A DNA stretch of 59,113 nt, filler included, from Stramenopiles sp. TOSAG23-3 (Eukaryota), in NCBI GenBank assembly GCA_900128585.1. It is 6 parts of 6 records of this genome, joined end to end, with 100 filler letters (N's around TTAATTAATTAA, not from the genome) between each part and the next. Parts side by side here need not be neighbours in the genome. Positions count along the whole stretch, not along the records: positions 1 to 17,664 come from LT642443.1; 5 more parts are not named here. One strand, given 5' to 3'. Under the pieces are notes generated by a model. The model was not told the origin of the DNA. It was given only the letters and a program-made list of their open reading frames with translations, and made no database searches. Every line of letters starts with the position of its first letter. Within the stretch, counting starts at the first letter, position 1. This document shows, in pieces, positions 1 through 11,792 of this stretch. The translations under genes were made by a program, and so were the position numbers.

Positions 1-10
1 CGGGAGTCGG

Positions 11-3000
11 TTGGAAATCTACTTTACCGAAGAACAGCGATGGCGTTTAGGGTCCGTTGTGGAGATGAGGGTTCAGTGGACGCACGGGGGAACCCAACTG
101 GAAGTCCTTCACTCAGTATGCTACTACGGGGCGGAAGGCCGGCCGATACAATGGGAAAACCTGACGTCGCGCCGGTTTGTTGGGCTGAAAAGTGATATGG
201 CAAGTGTTGATGCCCGTAGGGCAGTCATGGAAGAAAAGCGGAGGCGAAGGGAAGAAATTGAAAAGAAGGCGTTATCGGATGCTGCCGAGCGCGAGATGAA
301 GATTTTGAGAGATGCAGAAGCGAAGCGGCTGGAAGAAGGCGAGCAGTTGCGCGCCGAGATGCGCGCGGACATGTCGAAAGTGATCGCAGACGCGAAACGG
401 GAAGTCGATGACGTTATTGACACCCCAATAATGATCGCGGAGTTTGAGAGTCAAGTGGAACAAATTGTTGAAAACTGGAAGAACGGCATTGGTACGGACG
501 ACGGCTTTGCTCAATTCCTCGAGCCCCAGGAGGCTTTTGATATCGCAAAACGGGACTACAGAATAAAAACTATTGCGATTGCGCGGGTGAAGTGTCGGGA
601 AAAGTGGGAGACCATTTGGGCTGGAAAAAAGGAAGAAGCGCGGATGAACCGAGAAGCGGAAGCCAAGGCGGCAGAACTGCGAAGGCAGGAGGATGAACGC
701 TTAGCAGAGGAATCCCGACAGGAGTACCTCGAGCAAGTTGCGCTTGAACGGGAACTCATGAGGTCTAAGCTAAAAATTCCAAATTTTGAAAAAGCAACGC
801 CTCCTGTGACACGGTGCGAACACATTGACATAAAGTTCTGGGCAACACTCTACGGCAAAGGGGTAAAGTGCAAGGCGTGTGGAATGGAATTGACCAAGTC
901 GCACGAGGACCTGTCGCAATTGTGCACGGTAGACGCAGAAACCGAAGATGCCATTCAGCGCCATCGAACGCAGGAGCATGGCGCGTTTCGCTTTAAAGAT
1001 GGAGGGCAGTTGCGCCTCGTTTTACAAGAACGGGAGAGAACCGAAAAAGAAGAGCGCCTTGTGATGAAAGACGAACCAGGATTCTACGATTACAATTTTG
1101 AAAAGGGCGTAGAGGAGATGTATGGCCGTCACCAGTATACTATTCGTGCGTCTGCCGAAGCTCTGGCCGATGAAATTAGCAGGCGAGAGGCCATGAAACT
1201 GGCTGGGACCGAAGACTTGCCTGCATCGCAGCAAGTGGCCATGGCCATGAAGGTCAAGAACCCGGGGGCCGCGGGGGCAGAACTCGACCAAGTCGTTGGG
1301 ACGCAAGCGGAAACCTTCATGGGGGGAATGCTTGTCGAGCCAGTGCCTGTCCGGGATTTCTTGAACAAACGGAAGGCCCGGCACAAAGACATATTGCAAT
1401 ATTATGCCCGATTAAACATCTACACGTACCGAATAGAAGAGTTGCATGGAGCACGAACGCTCATGAAAACACACAAGGCTACATTTTCGAGGCGTCTCGG
1501 CCAGTGTCACGGCGAGCTTGTTTTCTTTGAAGAGCGGATGGCTCTGGTGGAGAAAGAGCATAGCCGTTGCGAGTCAATTTTGGAAAGGCGCTACGCGGCG
1601 CAAAAGGCCCACAATGAAGCCGTTTTTATCTTGGAAGAGGCGACCAAACAACTGTACATCGCAGCAGAGCAGCGGGCTCAGACGGACGCAAACGCGCTGT
1701 TGACAGAGCAGGAGCACAAGGAGCTTGAATTGCAAGTTCGCGAAATGCTGACGTGGAGGGAATGGGCCAGTGACCAAAAGAAGCAGGCGGAAGAAGAATT
1801 GAAACGGACCACACTCAATCTTGAAACGGCAGAAGCGTTTATGGAGGCATCGCGGGAAGCGCCTGAAAGGCTGCACTACTGCCGCCGCGGCCAGACTCTC
1901 TTTACAAGCAAGTGGGGGAGGCTGAGAGTACTGTTCTATCGCCCAGGGGAGGGCGAAGACGAAATGGGAGAGAAAACGGCGTACGAGCAACGTCTGGAGA
2001 ATGACGCGGAGGCGATGGCGAAACAAAAGGCTCTGGATTTAGAAAAGGAAGCTGAGGCCAGAAGAATCGAAGAAGCGAACAATCCAGACATTTTGTTCAA
2101 GTGGCTGTGCAAATTTTGTGGTCGTACAAACAAGCGCATTGACCTTCGGTGCCGTGGCTGTGATACAAAAAAGCCTCTGGCCGTTGTACGCGCGGAAGCG
2201 GCTTTCATGGAGGAGAAACGGCGCCTAAAGAACCTGGAAGATATGCGTGCAGAAGAGCAATGGCAGCGTGATCTGATGGAGCAGCAGCGGTTGCTTGCAA
2301 TTGTACAGGCGGGCTGGAACTGTACAATTTGTGGCTGTCTGAACGACCAAAAATCTGAAAAATGCAAAGATTGCGGGAGGATGGGGCGCCCAAAGGAATT
2401 TACTGATGCCCTGGAAGAAGAAAAGCGGCAGCGGGAGCGAGAGGAGCGTGCAAAGAAGCTGTCCGAACCGATGCCCCCGACGCTGGTTGTAATGCCCGGG
2501 GGAGGATGGCCAGCAAGCACGAAAATATATTTGCCGGTGGATTCTATTGTTACGGAGTATCAATCCCTTCGCGAAGCAGAAAACCTGTCGATGGCAGCCG
2601 AGGATGCGCAACTGAAAGCGTTCTATGCGAATGAAAAGGTTTTGGAAGCCAAAGAGGCCAAGCTAATGAAGGTAGAAGATACAAACATGCAATACTTGTA
2701 CCGATGGGAAAGGTGGGAAAAAGAAATTATGAAAGAAGTCAAGGAGGCCAAAAAGGTCGCTGCTGCGGCTGCACCAGACAAACTGAACACCAAGTCGAAA
2801 CAATCCGACATCAAAGATGCAGCAAAAACTTTCGTTGAAGAAGAAGAGGTACGGCGCCTCAAGGAATTCAATTCGTGGGATGGCAAAGGCAAGCGTCCTT
2901 CCAAGTTAAGCCGTGTCGCGAAATTCAAACTCCGGAGAGCAACTGTCAAGCGATTGAAAAAAGAGTTTTTAGATAATGAGGAGGCGAAGGCAGAAAAAAA

Positions 3001-5440
3001 GATCCGCCAAAAATGGCAAAAGAAAGAAGACCGTCTCATCGAAGACGAACAGGGGTGGAATATAATGTTGGACGTGGTCGACCAGGTTGCCCGAGAAGTT
3101 GGGCGAGAGGTCTTTAACGGCAGTGTCCAGGCCAGGGAGCGTGCTGAAACTGACTCGGGTGTCGTATTCGAATCGAGGAAGAATAAACGCGGCATCGACA
3201 TCCCGATGCACCATTCTGTCTACATGCGTTTGCTTCGAGTGCAAAATGGACGGGCGATGGAATTGCGGGAATCCTTGAAGCTGTGGGGGAAATCGTTAAA
3301 GCTTGTGCTGGAAGAGGACGAGCCAGAGGAGACAGAAGAACAAAAGGCCAGGCGGCTGGCGCTTGAGGAACGAAGAAAACTGGAAAAGGCCGAGCGCGAA
3401 GCGATGCAGGTAGCGGAAGAAGAGACCCGGCAATTTTACCAAGACGAATTGCGCCAAACCCTTAAAGAGCGACGTGGGATGCGAGATGCAGAAAACGAGC
3501 GGAGGGAATACTTAAAGCAGTACGCATTTTACAACAAGAAGAGCAAGTACGACGTTACCGGTGGAGAGCCGAAGCAAAAGCCGTCTGCAAAACAGCTCCG
3601 AAGGGAAGCCATGAAAAAGAAAACTGCGGAAAGGCAAAGAATAAAACGAGAGCTGGAAGGTATGTCGGCGGAAGATGAGTTAGGCAGAAAAATGCAACTA
3701 GAGGACATGCGATTGAGGCAAGAGGCGCAGATGAAAGCAGAATTGGCCTTCGACGACGAATCATCGTCCGACGACGACATCGAGTCGGAGGACGGGGCAG
3801 AAGACGAGGACGAGGTGGATTTCGATAGCGACGATAGTAGCGACGATGAGGACGAGCTTCCAGAAGTGCCGCCAGGCATGCAACACTTTACTTCCGAAGT
3901 TAACGCAACCCGGGAAATCCGCAGGGCGGACAAAAAAGCACTATTGAGGGCAAAGCGAAAGCTTCGACGCAAGCAAAGGCAGGGGAAACCTCCTACTGCG
4001 GCAGACAGGGCGAAGCTGGAAAGTCGGCTTAAGTTTGCGAAAGCGTCTGCCGACCTAGCAATTGCCGTCCAAAAGGCGGTGATGAACGCGTGTCGGGCAG
4101 AGCTTAACAAGATACAGTGTTCCAACGAATACTTTATGGCGATGGCAAGGTTGGGAAAATCGAAAGAAAACATGACAAGAGTAAATTTTCATAGCCGAAA
4201 ACGCAACAACGAGGAACAGAGAGTCCGCGTTATTGCTCGCAAGCAGAGGCAACTGGCCGACGAGGCGTTGGCGTACGAGCAGGAGCAATTGGGCATTGTT
4301 GCTAAATATACCCCAGAAACGCGTCGGCTGCTGATCATTCGGCGGAATGTGGAGGCAGACACCAAATTTACGGACACACTTGTCTTGCACGGGCGCTTCC
4401 AACGGTTCGAAACGGATGTCCTTTACAAAGAGTTGCACTACCGCTACTTTTACATTCTGGCGCAAACTCTGGCCACAAGGGCGGAACTGTCCGTTATCGA
4501 ACGGCGGTTGTTACTCTTGCAAGAAGCGATCAGGGCCAACGCAGTCGTGTACCACCAGAAACGTGTGGAAATGAAAGTTCTCCGTCGCGAGCATGCGCGG
4601 GATGAAAGGATGAGGCTGAGAAAATCCGTGCTGGGGCAGGACATGTTCCGCAAATCGCAGTTAAAGTCCATGGAGTTTGCATTCAAAGCATGGACGTTCT
4701 GGTGGCGGGGATACGTCGGAAAAAAGAAAGCGTTCCAGCTCCGCTACAGCCTGGTCAAGCACGACTTGGACCTCCGACGGATTACCCAAGAAGAGAGGGC
4801 CGCGGAGAGAAGAAAGCTGCACGGTGTTGCGGGCTACAACGAAGACGGTGGAGAGTTTGATAAGTCAAATGAGCCGTCATGGGCCAAACTGCGCCGCAAA
4901 GAGAGAGAGCTTGCGGGACTCTGGGAGCCTGAGGAGAGTATTACTCGCCCAAACGTCCCACGCTCGCTCCTGAAGACGCATCAAAACAGAAAAATGAAGT
5001 GTGTCCACTGCTGCGTCATGTACAGCGAAGTGCAAAACCACTCGTCTGCATGCGAGTACCACTCGGGCGAGTTTTCTGTCATGTGCCCCCGCGCGTGCCC
5101 ATTCCGCGGAAAGAAGGCAGACCCGGTCAAGTGCATTGCCCACTACAAACGTCGCTGGAGCTGTTGCGATTCAACGCTCGAATCAGAGTTTGGTATTGGT
5201 GGGTGCCAAAAGCGATGGCACGTCGCCCGTGGCGAAGACAAGGGTTACAGAATCCTGTTGGAACACGAGGAAGCGCGCGATTTGGCCGTAACGAAAGAGT
5301 TATCGGCCGCAATGAAAGAGGCCGACTCTGCGCTGCGTGAAAATAGAAAGCAGGGCATGGGTTTGATGAATAGCGCGATCGCACATCTCAAATCCGAAAG
5401 GGACACGGTCGAACGATACAAAAATTTGAAGTGGCAGTAG
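11..5440 (+). CDS. Large coiled-coil protein with two RanBP2-type zinc fingers and a C-terminal Cys/His zinc-binding module; 5'-partial
   Basis: 1809-aa ORF whose frame is open from the window edge (the TTG 'start' is probably not real). It has WLCKFCGRTN..RCRGC and WNCTICGCLN..KCKDC (W-x-C-x2-C-x3-N-x6-C-x2-C), long E/K/R helices, an acidic tract, and C-terminal CVHC..CEYHSG..WSCC..GCQKRWH. Confidence 0.8.
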   Translation: MEIYFTEEQRWRLGSVVEMRVQWTHGGTQLEVLHSVCYYGAEGRPIQWENLTSRRFVGLKSDMASVDARRAVMEEKRRRREEIEKKALSDAAEREMKILRDAEAKRLEEGEQLRAEMRADMSKVIADAKREVDDVIDTPIMIAEFESQVEQIVENWKNGIGTDDGFAQFLEPQEAFDIAKRDYRIKTIAIARVKCREKWETIWAGKKEEARMNREAEAKAAELRRQEDERLAEESRQEYLEQVALERELMRSKLKIPNFEKATPPVTRCEHIDIKFWATLYGKGVKCKACGMELTKSHEDLSQLCTVDAETEDAIQRHRTQEHGAFRFKDGGQLRLVLQERERTEKEERLVMKDEPGFYDYNFEKGVEEMYGRHQYTIRASAEALADEISRREAMKLAGTEDLPASQQVAMAMKVKNPGAAGAELDQVVGTQAETFMGGMLVEPVPVRDFLNKRKARHKDILQYYARLNIYTYRIEELHGARTLMKTHKATFSRRLGQCHGELVFFEERMALVEKEHSRCESILERRYAAQKAHNEAVFILEEATKQLYIAAEQRAQTDANALLTEQEHKELELQVREMLTWREWASDQKKQAEEELKRTTLNLETAEAFMEASREAPERLHYCRRGQTLFTSKWGRLRVLFYRPGEGEDEMGEKTAYEQRLENDAEAMAKQKALDLEKEAEARRIEEANNPDILFKWLCKFCGRTNKRIDLRCRGCDTKKPLAVVRAEAAFMEEKRRLKNLEDMRAEEQWQRDLMEQQRLLAIVQAGWNCTICGCLNDQKSEKCKDCGRMGRPKEFTDALEEEKRQREREERAKKLSEPMPPTLVVMPGGGWPASTKIYLPVDSIVTEYQSLREAENLSMAAEDAQLKAFYANEKVLEAKEAKLMKVEDTNMQYLYRWERWEKEIMKEVKEAKKVAAAAAPDKLNTKSKQSDIKDAAKTFVEEEEVRRLKEFNSWDGKGKRPSKLSRVAKFKLRRATVKRLKKEFLDNEEAKAEKKIRQKWQKKEDRLIEDEQGWNIMLDVVDQVAREVGREVFNGSVQARERAETDSGVVFESRKNKRGIDIPMHHSVYMRLLRVQNGRAMELRESLKLWGKSLKLVLEEDEPEETEEQKARRLALEERRKLEKAEREAMQVAEEETRQFYQDELRQTLKERRGMRDAENERREYLKQYAFYNKKSKYDVTGGEPKQKPSAKQLRREAMKKKTAERQRIKRELEGMSAEDELGRKMQLEDMRLRQEAQMKAELAFDDESSSDDDIESEDGAEDEDEVDFDSDDSSDDEDELPEVPPGMQHFTSEVNATREIRRADKKALLRAKRKLRRKQRQGKPPTAADRAKLESRLKFAKASADLAIAVQKAVMNACRAELNKIQCSNEYFMAMARLGKSKENMTRVNFHSRKRNNEEQRVRVIARKQRQLADEALAYEQEQLGIVAKYTPETRRLLIIRRNVEADTKFTDTLVLHGRFQRFETDVLYKELHYRYFYILAQTLATRAELSVIERRLLLLQEAIRANAVVYHQKRVEMKVLRREHARDERMRLRKSVLGQDMFRKSQLKSMEFAFKAWTFWWRGYVGKKKAFQLRYSLVKHDLDLRRITQEERAAERRKLHGVAGYNEDGGEFDKSNEPSWAKLRRKERELAGLWEPEESITRPNVPRSLLKTHQNRKMKCVHCCVMYSEVQNHSSACEYHSGEFSVMCPRACPFRGKKADPVKCIAHYKRRWSCCDSTLESEFGIGGCQKRWHVARGEDKGYRILLEHEEARDLAVTKELSAAMKEADSALRENRKQGMGLMNSAIAHLKSERDTVERYKNLKWQ

Positions 5441-6271
5441 TAAAACTCCACTCCTATATAAATATGTATAAAAATAAGTATATACTACTTGTATATGAAT
5501 ATAATTAATACTGAATAGCGTAACATATCGCTGCTATTATAATCCGATGTGTTACGAGGATATCACGGTTCCTGGTACCGTACCAGGTACGGTGCGGTAC
5601 GGCAAAGAAAAAAAAGGAAGAAAGATCATCTTCTTCTTCTCCTTTTTTCATTTCATCATCAACAAACAAAAAAGACAATCAAGAAAAAAAAAGAATAAAA
5701 TAAATTGTCTTATTTTTAACATTAACACAGCACAAAGAAAGAAGAAGAAGAAGAAAGAAGAAGAAAGAAGTAGTGACCATGATGATGATGAAGAAGAATG
5801 GACGAAAAAATGAGGTATACTAATATAGCATTGATAAAAAAGAAGAAGGAAGGAAGGAAGGAAGAAAAAAAGGAGGTTTTGATGATCGATGATGATGGTC
5901 GATGATGATATTATTATTGGATTATTATTATTTTACTATAATAATAATACCACATACCACCCACCAGTATAATTTTGATTCCTTCTTCTTCTTNNNNNNN
6001 NNATGATGATATGTTGGATTGATTGATTGATTGGTGACACATTCTTCTCATCGTCGTCGAATCAGGGAATTAAAAACAAAAAGATGTGGAAGTGTTTAGT
6101 TTTCATTCTTTAATTATTTCACACACATACACGACTTCAGTTCAGATTGTACAAAAGGAGGATCTTTTTTTATAGTTTTACAAGTTCATATATTGCTTAT
6201 TCTTTTATACACCTTTTTTTACGTCGAGCATTTGTTTAGTCAACAAACTGCATCTACCACGCACAGGGAAT

Positions 6272-7483
6272 ATGTCAATTGACGCTACAGAAGCGGGGGC
6301 TGCCGACCAACACAACAGCCTGTGTCAAGTATGCGGTTTGGGCGGAGATTTGCTCTGTTGTGACGCATGCAGCTACGTATACCACTTGCGCTGTTTGAAA
6401 CCACCAATGACGGAGCTGCCGACAGGCACTTGGCTTTGCCCGGTCTGCGTTGCGGAAGAGGAAAATGAAGAAAGCGGGGACTCCGGGGCAAGCTCAAGTA
6501 GAAAACGATCACGGACTACGAAAAACAAATCAGGGACCAAGAAAAAATCGAAAGTTGCATTTAAAATTCGCGGTCCTGATAAAGTTCCATGGAAACCCGT
6601 ATCCGTAGGAGCAGTCACAAAAGAGCAAACGACCATGACGGAAGTGGAAGCTTTCCCTCGACAACAGTATGTCGGTTTGTTCAAGCTATTGCAATATTTT
6701 CACAAGAAGGGCCACCTGTCGATTTCTTACCTGAAGCAAATGAAAGATTTGATATGCGTTGGGGACATGCATACGATGGTGATCCTATCAGCAGCCGCAG
6801 AAATCTTCGAGGCCAGCGGCAAGGAAGAATATGACATTATATTTTGTGTAGACACGATGGAACGCGTTTTTCTTATGAATTTCCCCATGGGCTTCCAGGA
6901 CCTCGACGCCATTGAAAAGCAGAAGAAACGCCGTGCCGAGATGCAACGAAAAGCGCTGGAAAGAGCCGAAGAGCAGGAGGCGTTGGCCTTAGCCCAGCGA
7001 GAAAAGGCTTGGTTGGCGAGTGCTAATGGTGGCCCTCCCGGCTCTAGCAAACCAGCTCCCAAACAAAGTTACACGCGCCAGGCAACCGCCCCATCGATGG
7101 TACAGAAATTCACCCCGAACTTGCCAAAAGCGCACGTTTTGTTCAGCCGAAGAACTTCCAACGGTGGAACGAACGGGGCGTCTTCGTCGTCATCGGCATC
7201 GACCAGCTATCAGCAACAAAGCGTAAAATCCATAAATACAAGCGTAAAATCCATGGTAAACGTAGTCGATATGGACAAAGCCACCGATGTACCTGCAATA
7301 AGTAGCGCCAACGGTCCGTCTAGTCAAATTCAGCAATGGGGTGACGGCGAAATTGATTATGTTCGAACGGAAGTCGGTAGCTTTGATAAAACTCCAGACG
7401 AAATGCTAGGCGCAAATGACTCGTTTGCAATATTTGCTTCCAAAAATAAACCACATTTTCCGAAAAAGATATTGAAAAAGTAA
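6272..7483 (+). CDS. PHD-finger protein
   Basis: N-terminal CQVCGLGGDLLCCDACSYVYHLRCLKPPMTELPTGTWLCPVC is a canonical C4HC3 PHD finger, followed by a basic NLS-like stretch. Confidence 0.88.
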   Translation: MSIDATEAGAADQHNSLCQVCGLGGDLLCCDACSYVYHLRCLKPPMTELPTGTWLCPVCVAEEENEESGDSGASSSRKRSRTTKNKSGTKKKSKVAFKIRGPDKVPWKPVSVGAVTKEQTTMTEVEAFPRQQYVGLFKLLQYFHKKGHLSISYLKQMKDLICVGDMHTMVILSAAAEIFEASGKEEYDIIFCVDTMERVFLMNFPMGFQDLDAIEKQKKRRAEMQRKALERAEEQEALALAQREKAWLASANGGPPGSSKPAPKQSYTRQATAPSMVQKFTPNLPKAHVLFSRRTSNGGTNGASSSSSASTSYQQQSVKSINTSVKSMVNVVDMDKATDVPAISSANGPSSQIQQWGDGEIDYVRTEVGSFDKTPDEMLGANDSFAIFASKNKPHFPKKILKK

Positions 7484-7918
7484 GGGTATAAGATTTTTTC
7501 ACGGGTTTCAAAAGTACCAGGACAGCGTGGGCGTTACAACGCCAAGGAATTTGTGAGCTCTTCGTATTATTTTTTGAACCACGAGATATGAAAATAAAAG
7601 ATTTTATTTAGATTCGAAAACTCTTTCGTATGTAATTAAAATCTCAGGAGCAGAGATAAGATCGCAGTAATATTTGGAAGATCGATACAATTTTAAAACT
7701 TACTTTTTGAAAAGACAAAGTTGAAGTGTAATAGACAATTTTTTGTTTTTAATTAAAACCAAAATATCTTGCATATATAAATATAATATTACCCTTTCGA
7801 CGGTAAACTTACGAAGGAAAAGATGTAATGCTGTATCATAATTCTTGTTCTTAAAACATACTACATGTACTAAGCATTTTTCAAAATTCTTAAGCTTAAG
7901 ATTTATTATTCCCTTCAT

Positions 7919-9037
7919 TTACAGAAACTCACTCAGCATGGGCGTAAAGATCTTTTGTATTTCACCATGTTCATCCACCATTAGGCGTGGGGGCTCATAC
8001 TCGACCCTTACCCCATTTTTCCCTATGTGCGCGTAAAAGCAACTGGTTCCAAAAGGGCATGCACCATCACGCTTGTAATACAGACATGTTTTGCTTTTCA
8101 ACTGCTTTAAATACTCGTTTACTACCTGTCGTTTTCGAGCGGGGTCAGCAATCATTCGATTGGAGGGTACTATGAAGAAGGTGGGGACACGGCAAACAGG
8201 GCATTTGCGAACAGCATTTTTGTCAAACGTTTGTTCCTCATTTTGGCGCCAGGAACGGATGCATGATAAACAAAAGCTGTGGTTGCACCCTAGCAAAAGT
8301 CCAAAACGCCGTCCATTCCCTAGTATTGCATCAAAACAAATTCCACACTCCAAATGCTTTGAGTTGTTCACCTCTTCTTGGACTGCTGCTTCCTCTGTAC
8401 AATGCAGCAGTTTACATGCTTTGCCAAATCGGCAGTAACCTTGGGCATGAAACGGGCAAATCGACTGTGGTCTCGACGCATGCTGCCCCCCCGAGGGTTC
8501 CACGAGCATGGTCTGGCTCGCCATTGTACGACCTTCGAGTTCAATTATCTTCGAAAAATCCACTGCACTTTTCTTAGTTGGACTGCCACTTTTCTTCTCA
8601 GAGAAATGAGAAACGGCCCCATAGAAAAAGAAATCGTCGTCCCCTCTATCGTACTCTTTTCCACTTGTCCACTTCTTCTCGTCGCCATGTCGTAAAGGAG
8701 CCGTTGGTTTCGCGCGGGCAAGGCCGTTTACTGGTACTCTGGCAATAGACGATAATGACGACCAGGCACTACTTCCAGATTTTACGTTGGCAGCTTTCGA
8801 TTTTTGACTGTGTCGAAATTGGCAAAACTTCCCCTTGCTACAAGTCCCTTGCAGAAAATATTTACAGATGGTTTTCTTCTTATTATTGGTAGCCAAGTTT
8901 TTCACGTCATGCATAAATTTACACGCTGTACCTCTAGCACAAGTGCCCGAAGCGTAAAACTTGCACGGTGGCGGCACCGGCGAAAGGCCACCGGACGCGC
9001 TTGGGTGCCCTCTCGTACCCTTGGCTAATGACGCCAT
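7919..9037 (-). CDS. MKRN: Makorin-family RING E3 ubiquitin ligase
   Basis: Three CCCH fingers, a RING (CGIC..FGLLLGCNHSFCLSCIRSWR..CPVCR) and a C-terminal CCCH (CPFGTSCFYAH), the makorin architecture. Confidence 0.92.
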   Translation of the reverse strand: MASLAKGTRGHPSASGGLSPVPPPCKFYASGTCARGTACKFMHDVKNLATNNKKKTICKYFLQGTCSKGKFCQFRHSQKSKAANVKSGSSAWSSLSSIARVPVNGLARAKPTAPLRHGDEKKWTSGKEYDRGDDDFFFYGAVSHFSEKKSGSPTKKSAVDFSKIIELEGRTMASQTMLVEPSGGQHASRPQSICPFHAQGYCRFGKACKLLHCTEEAAVQEEVNNSKHLECGICFDAILGNGRRFGLLLGCNHSFCLSCIRSWRQNEEQTFDKNAVRKCPVCRVPTFFIVPSNRMIADPARKRQVVNEYLKQLKSKTCLYYKRDGACPFGTSCFYAHIGKNGVRVEYEPPRLMVDEHGEIQKIFTPMLSEFL

Positions 9038-9628
9038 TCAGAACCATATACGTAACTTCGCTTGACCGGAGCTCCAGGAGATAAATCGCATTGACTGTGT
9101 TCTCTTGCCTTCTTTCTCTCCCTCTCCCTTTCTCTTAAACGATGGCTGCTGCCGTTTGTGGCTTTGGTACCGCTCGTAAGGTGCGCTTCAAGAACTTCGA
9201 CTAAAACACAGGGGGCGGGGGGGTGGCGGAAAAAAAAATGCGCGAGAAAGATAATAATAATAATGATGAACGCCGACGACGGAGGTAATACTTGGTANNN
9301 NNNNNNNNNNNNNNNNNNNNNNNNNNNNNNNNNNNNNNNNNNNNNNNNNNNNNNNNNNNNNNNNNNCGCTGCCGCCACGCTGCCACGGCGCGCCCCGCTT
9401 CTATCTCTTCTTCTTCTCTTTTTTTCTTCCCCCCCTCCTTTTCTTCCTTTTCTTCTTCTTCTTTCTTCTTCTTCTTCTTTCTCTTCTTCCTTTCTTTCGT
9501 CTTCCTTTCTTTTCCGTTCCTTACCTAAGGAATACCCTCGGAAGTTCAAAGTACATCCCCTGTGTTTTGTTATTGCCGGAAACACTTTTACACGATTTTC
9601 TTCCTTGTTTTAAAATCCGATTAGTTAT

Positions 9629-10231
9629 TCAGTGGTCTTCGCCATCACTACTGCTATCCTCGTCATCCGAGAGCTGTCTACGATTTCGATTCACAAATAA
9701 GTCTGATTCATCATCCTCGCTTTCGTAATAGTATCCCGCTGCCGAACTGTCTTCTTGGCCGTCCTCCGCACCGCCCCCATTTTTCTCCTCACCATCGCCA
9801 CTGCTAATTTTCATTGCGTCCAAGTCTTCGCTTGGTGGTTTTTCGGCAACTTCTTGTGCGTCTGGTTTGTTCAGGGAAAAAACGGAGTCGCTCGTCAAGC
9901 CCCGTTTCAACTTCTTCACTTGGTCGCCGTTCAATATATGTTCAATAAAGTGCGTCACTCGTCCGGCGGCCCCGGACGCAGTTTCATACTCGTCCGTTGC
10001 ACTGGTAACAATGACAAAGTCCCCTCGTTTCACCCATATTAATTTCTGAAACTTTGTAGGCAAACGAGCCAACGATTTTTTCCCCTCAGATGTTATAACT
10101 TCAAACATGTTCCCCCCATGGCTTTGTATCACTTGAGCATACAGTTCTCCTTCAACAGGTTCACGTTCCGAGTCCGTAAATTCCTGAGTCACGTGCTTCC
10201 TATATTTTGTCCTTCGCTTTGCTCCTGACAT
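9629..10231 (-). CDS. EIF1AD: eIF1A-domain (S1/IF1-like) RNA-binding protein
   Basis: AQVIQSHGGNMFEV..LARLPTKFQKLIWVKRGDFVIV, plus an acidic C-tail with LFVNRNR typical of EIF1AD. Confidence 0.9.
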   Translation of the reverse strand: MSGAKRRTKYRKHVTQEFTDSEREPVEGELYAQVIQSHGGNMFEVITSEGKKSLARLPTKFQKLIWVKRGDFVIVTSATDEYETASGAAGRVTHFIEHILNGDQVKKLKRGLTSDSVFSLNKPDAQEVAEKPPSEDLDAMKISSGDGEEKNGGGAEDGQEDSSAAGYYYESEDDESDLFVNRNRRQLSDDEDSSSDGEDH

Positions 10232-10859
10232 TTTTTATAATTGAATCGGGGACTAACATGCACCTTCTTCCTACAAACAAAACAGAACGCAAACGAAAAC
10301 AATTTAACCTTTCATAAAGATTAAATCATAACAAAGCGTTTGAAGTAGTTATTGTTTATTACAATACAACAATTATAAAATACATTATTATTTATTATTA
10401 TACCAACAACAACAACCAACTAGTCAAGTCTACTCTACTTTTCTTTTTTTCTTTCTTCTTTTTTTTTTTCTCTTTTTTTTTTTTCTTTCTTTCTTTCTTT
10501 CTTTTTTTCTTTCTCTCTTTTTTCCTTTCTTCTTAATTATACCATCACCACCACAACAATTAAAAAAATACTAATTATCATCCTTAATAAAACATTTTTT
10601 TATTATTATTTTATATAATAATTATTATAAAATAATAATAAATATTATTATTAATTATTTTATTATAATAATTATTATTAGAGAAGAAGAAAACTTGTTG
10701 TGTTTTGTCTCCTCCTCCTCTCCTCCGCTTTTTTTGCTTCTTTTTACTCTACACTTTTATTAAATTTGAAGTTGGTTGTGGGTCGGTTGTTTTGCATGTT
10801 GTTGTCTCTAATTGAGAGACGCATCGATATATATATATATTACATTGCGTTTAAAATGT

Positions 10860-11255
10860 TCATAGCCCTTCTTCCCCAATTCCAAAGTAATCATAAATCG
10901 TATTGAATCCGTCTGGGTAGCCTCCTGGGGCACCACCCCTTCCCTCTTCTATGTCTTCTGCGACGAGTGTTACTTTACGACTTCCATCGTTTGCTTCGGG
11001 TCCAACCCGAAACTGGCTCCCGTACGATTGATAAATTTCACAAAAAATTAACTTCACCAACGTTTCCCCTTCGCTATTAGGCCCTTCGGACATCGCTGCA
11101 ACCTGTCGAACAGTTGCTTGTGAAGGCGCTGGGCGATTTTCAAAGTACGCTTTAAAAGCCGCGTCGGCAGCCCCCTCGGACTGTTGAACTATGGCAGAGG
11201 CACCGACCCCACTGAGGGGCGGGCCTTGGGTGGTTTCACTTACGCTGTCGGACAT
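10860..11255 (-). CDS. Hypothetical protein (131 aa)
   Basis: ATG-started ORF coinciding with a GC-rich island between AT-rich spacers; no recognised motif. Confidence 0.65.
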   Translation of the reverse strand: MSDSVSETTQGPPLSGVGASAIVQQSEGAADAAFKAYFENRPAPSQATVRQVAAMSEGPNSEGETLVKLIFCEIYQSYGSQFRVGPEANDGSRKVTLVAEDIEEGRGGAPGGYPDGFNTIYDYFGIGEEGL

Positions 11256-11792
11256 TTGTATTCTAAATAAAACTATATAGTCGTGCGGATTTGAGAACTA
11301 ACGCTTTCATGGGCTTTCAAAACACAGTAGACGAAATCATAACAGGACTGCTACTAGCCCGAAAGTGATCTTGAAGAAAAGAAGAAAATAATAATAATAA
11401 AAAATAATAATAATAGCTAATAATAAAGTCGTCTTCTTCTTTTCTTCTTCTTCTTCTAAAAAAGTAATAATAATAAATTTTTAAAAAATGTTGTTGTCGT
11501 CTCTACTGTGATTATGTTACCGGAATATGTACCAGGTACCTTAAAAGTCAAATAATATAAAAATTTAGATTATAATGTATTATCTTCTCCCTCCCCTGGA
11601 AAAAAAATAACAACAAAAGAGGAGGGAGAGGAGAGAAGGAGATGATTAATTTTTATTATTATTTAATTTTATATAGATTATTATTATCATAACCACCGAC
11701 GCCGGCTTCTTCATCTTTCTTATACCTACAATATAATATCATATACTATATTGTATTTTAGAAAGGATATGAAGGAGTGACACATCTTAAAT

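Noticed and set aside
124-5451. Numerous antisense and alternative-frame ORFs inside long genes throughout the window
   Set aside because: Shadow ORFs of GC-rich coding sequence with no recognisable motifs.
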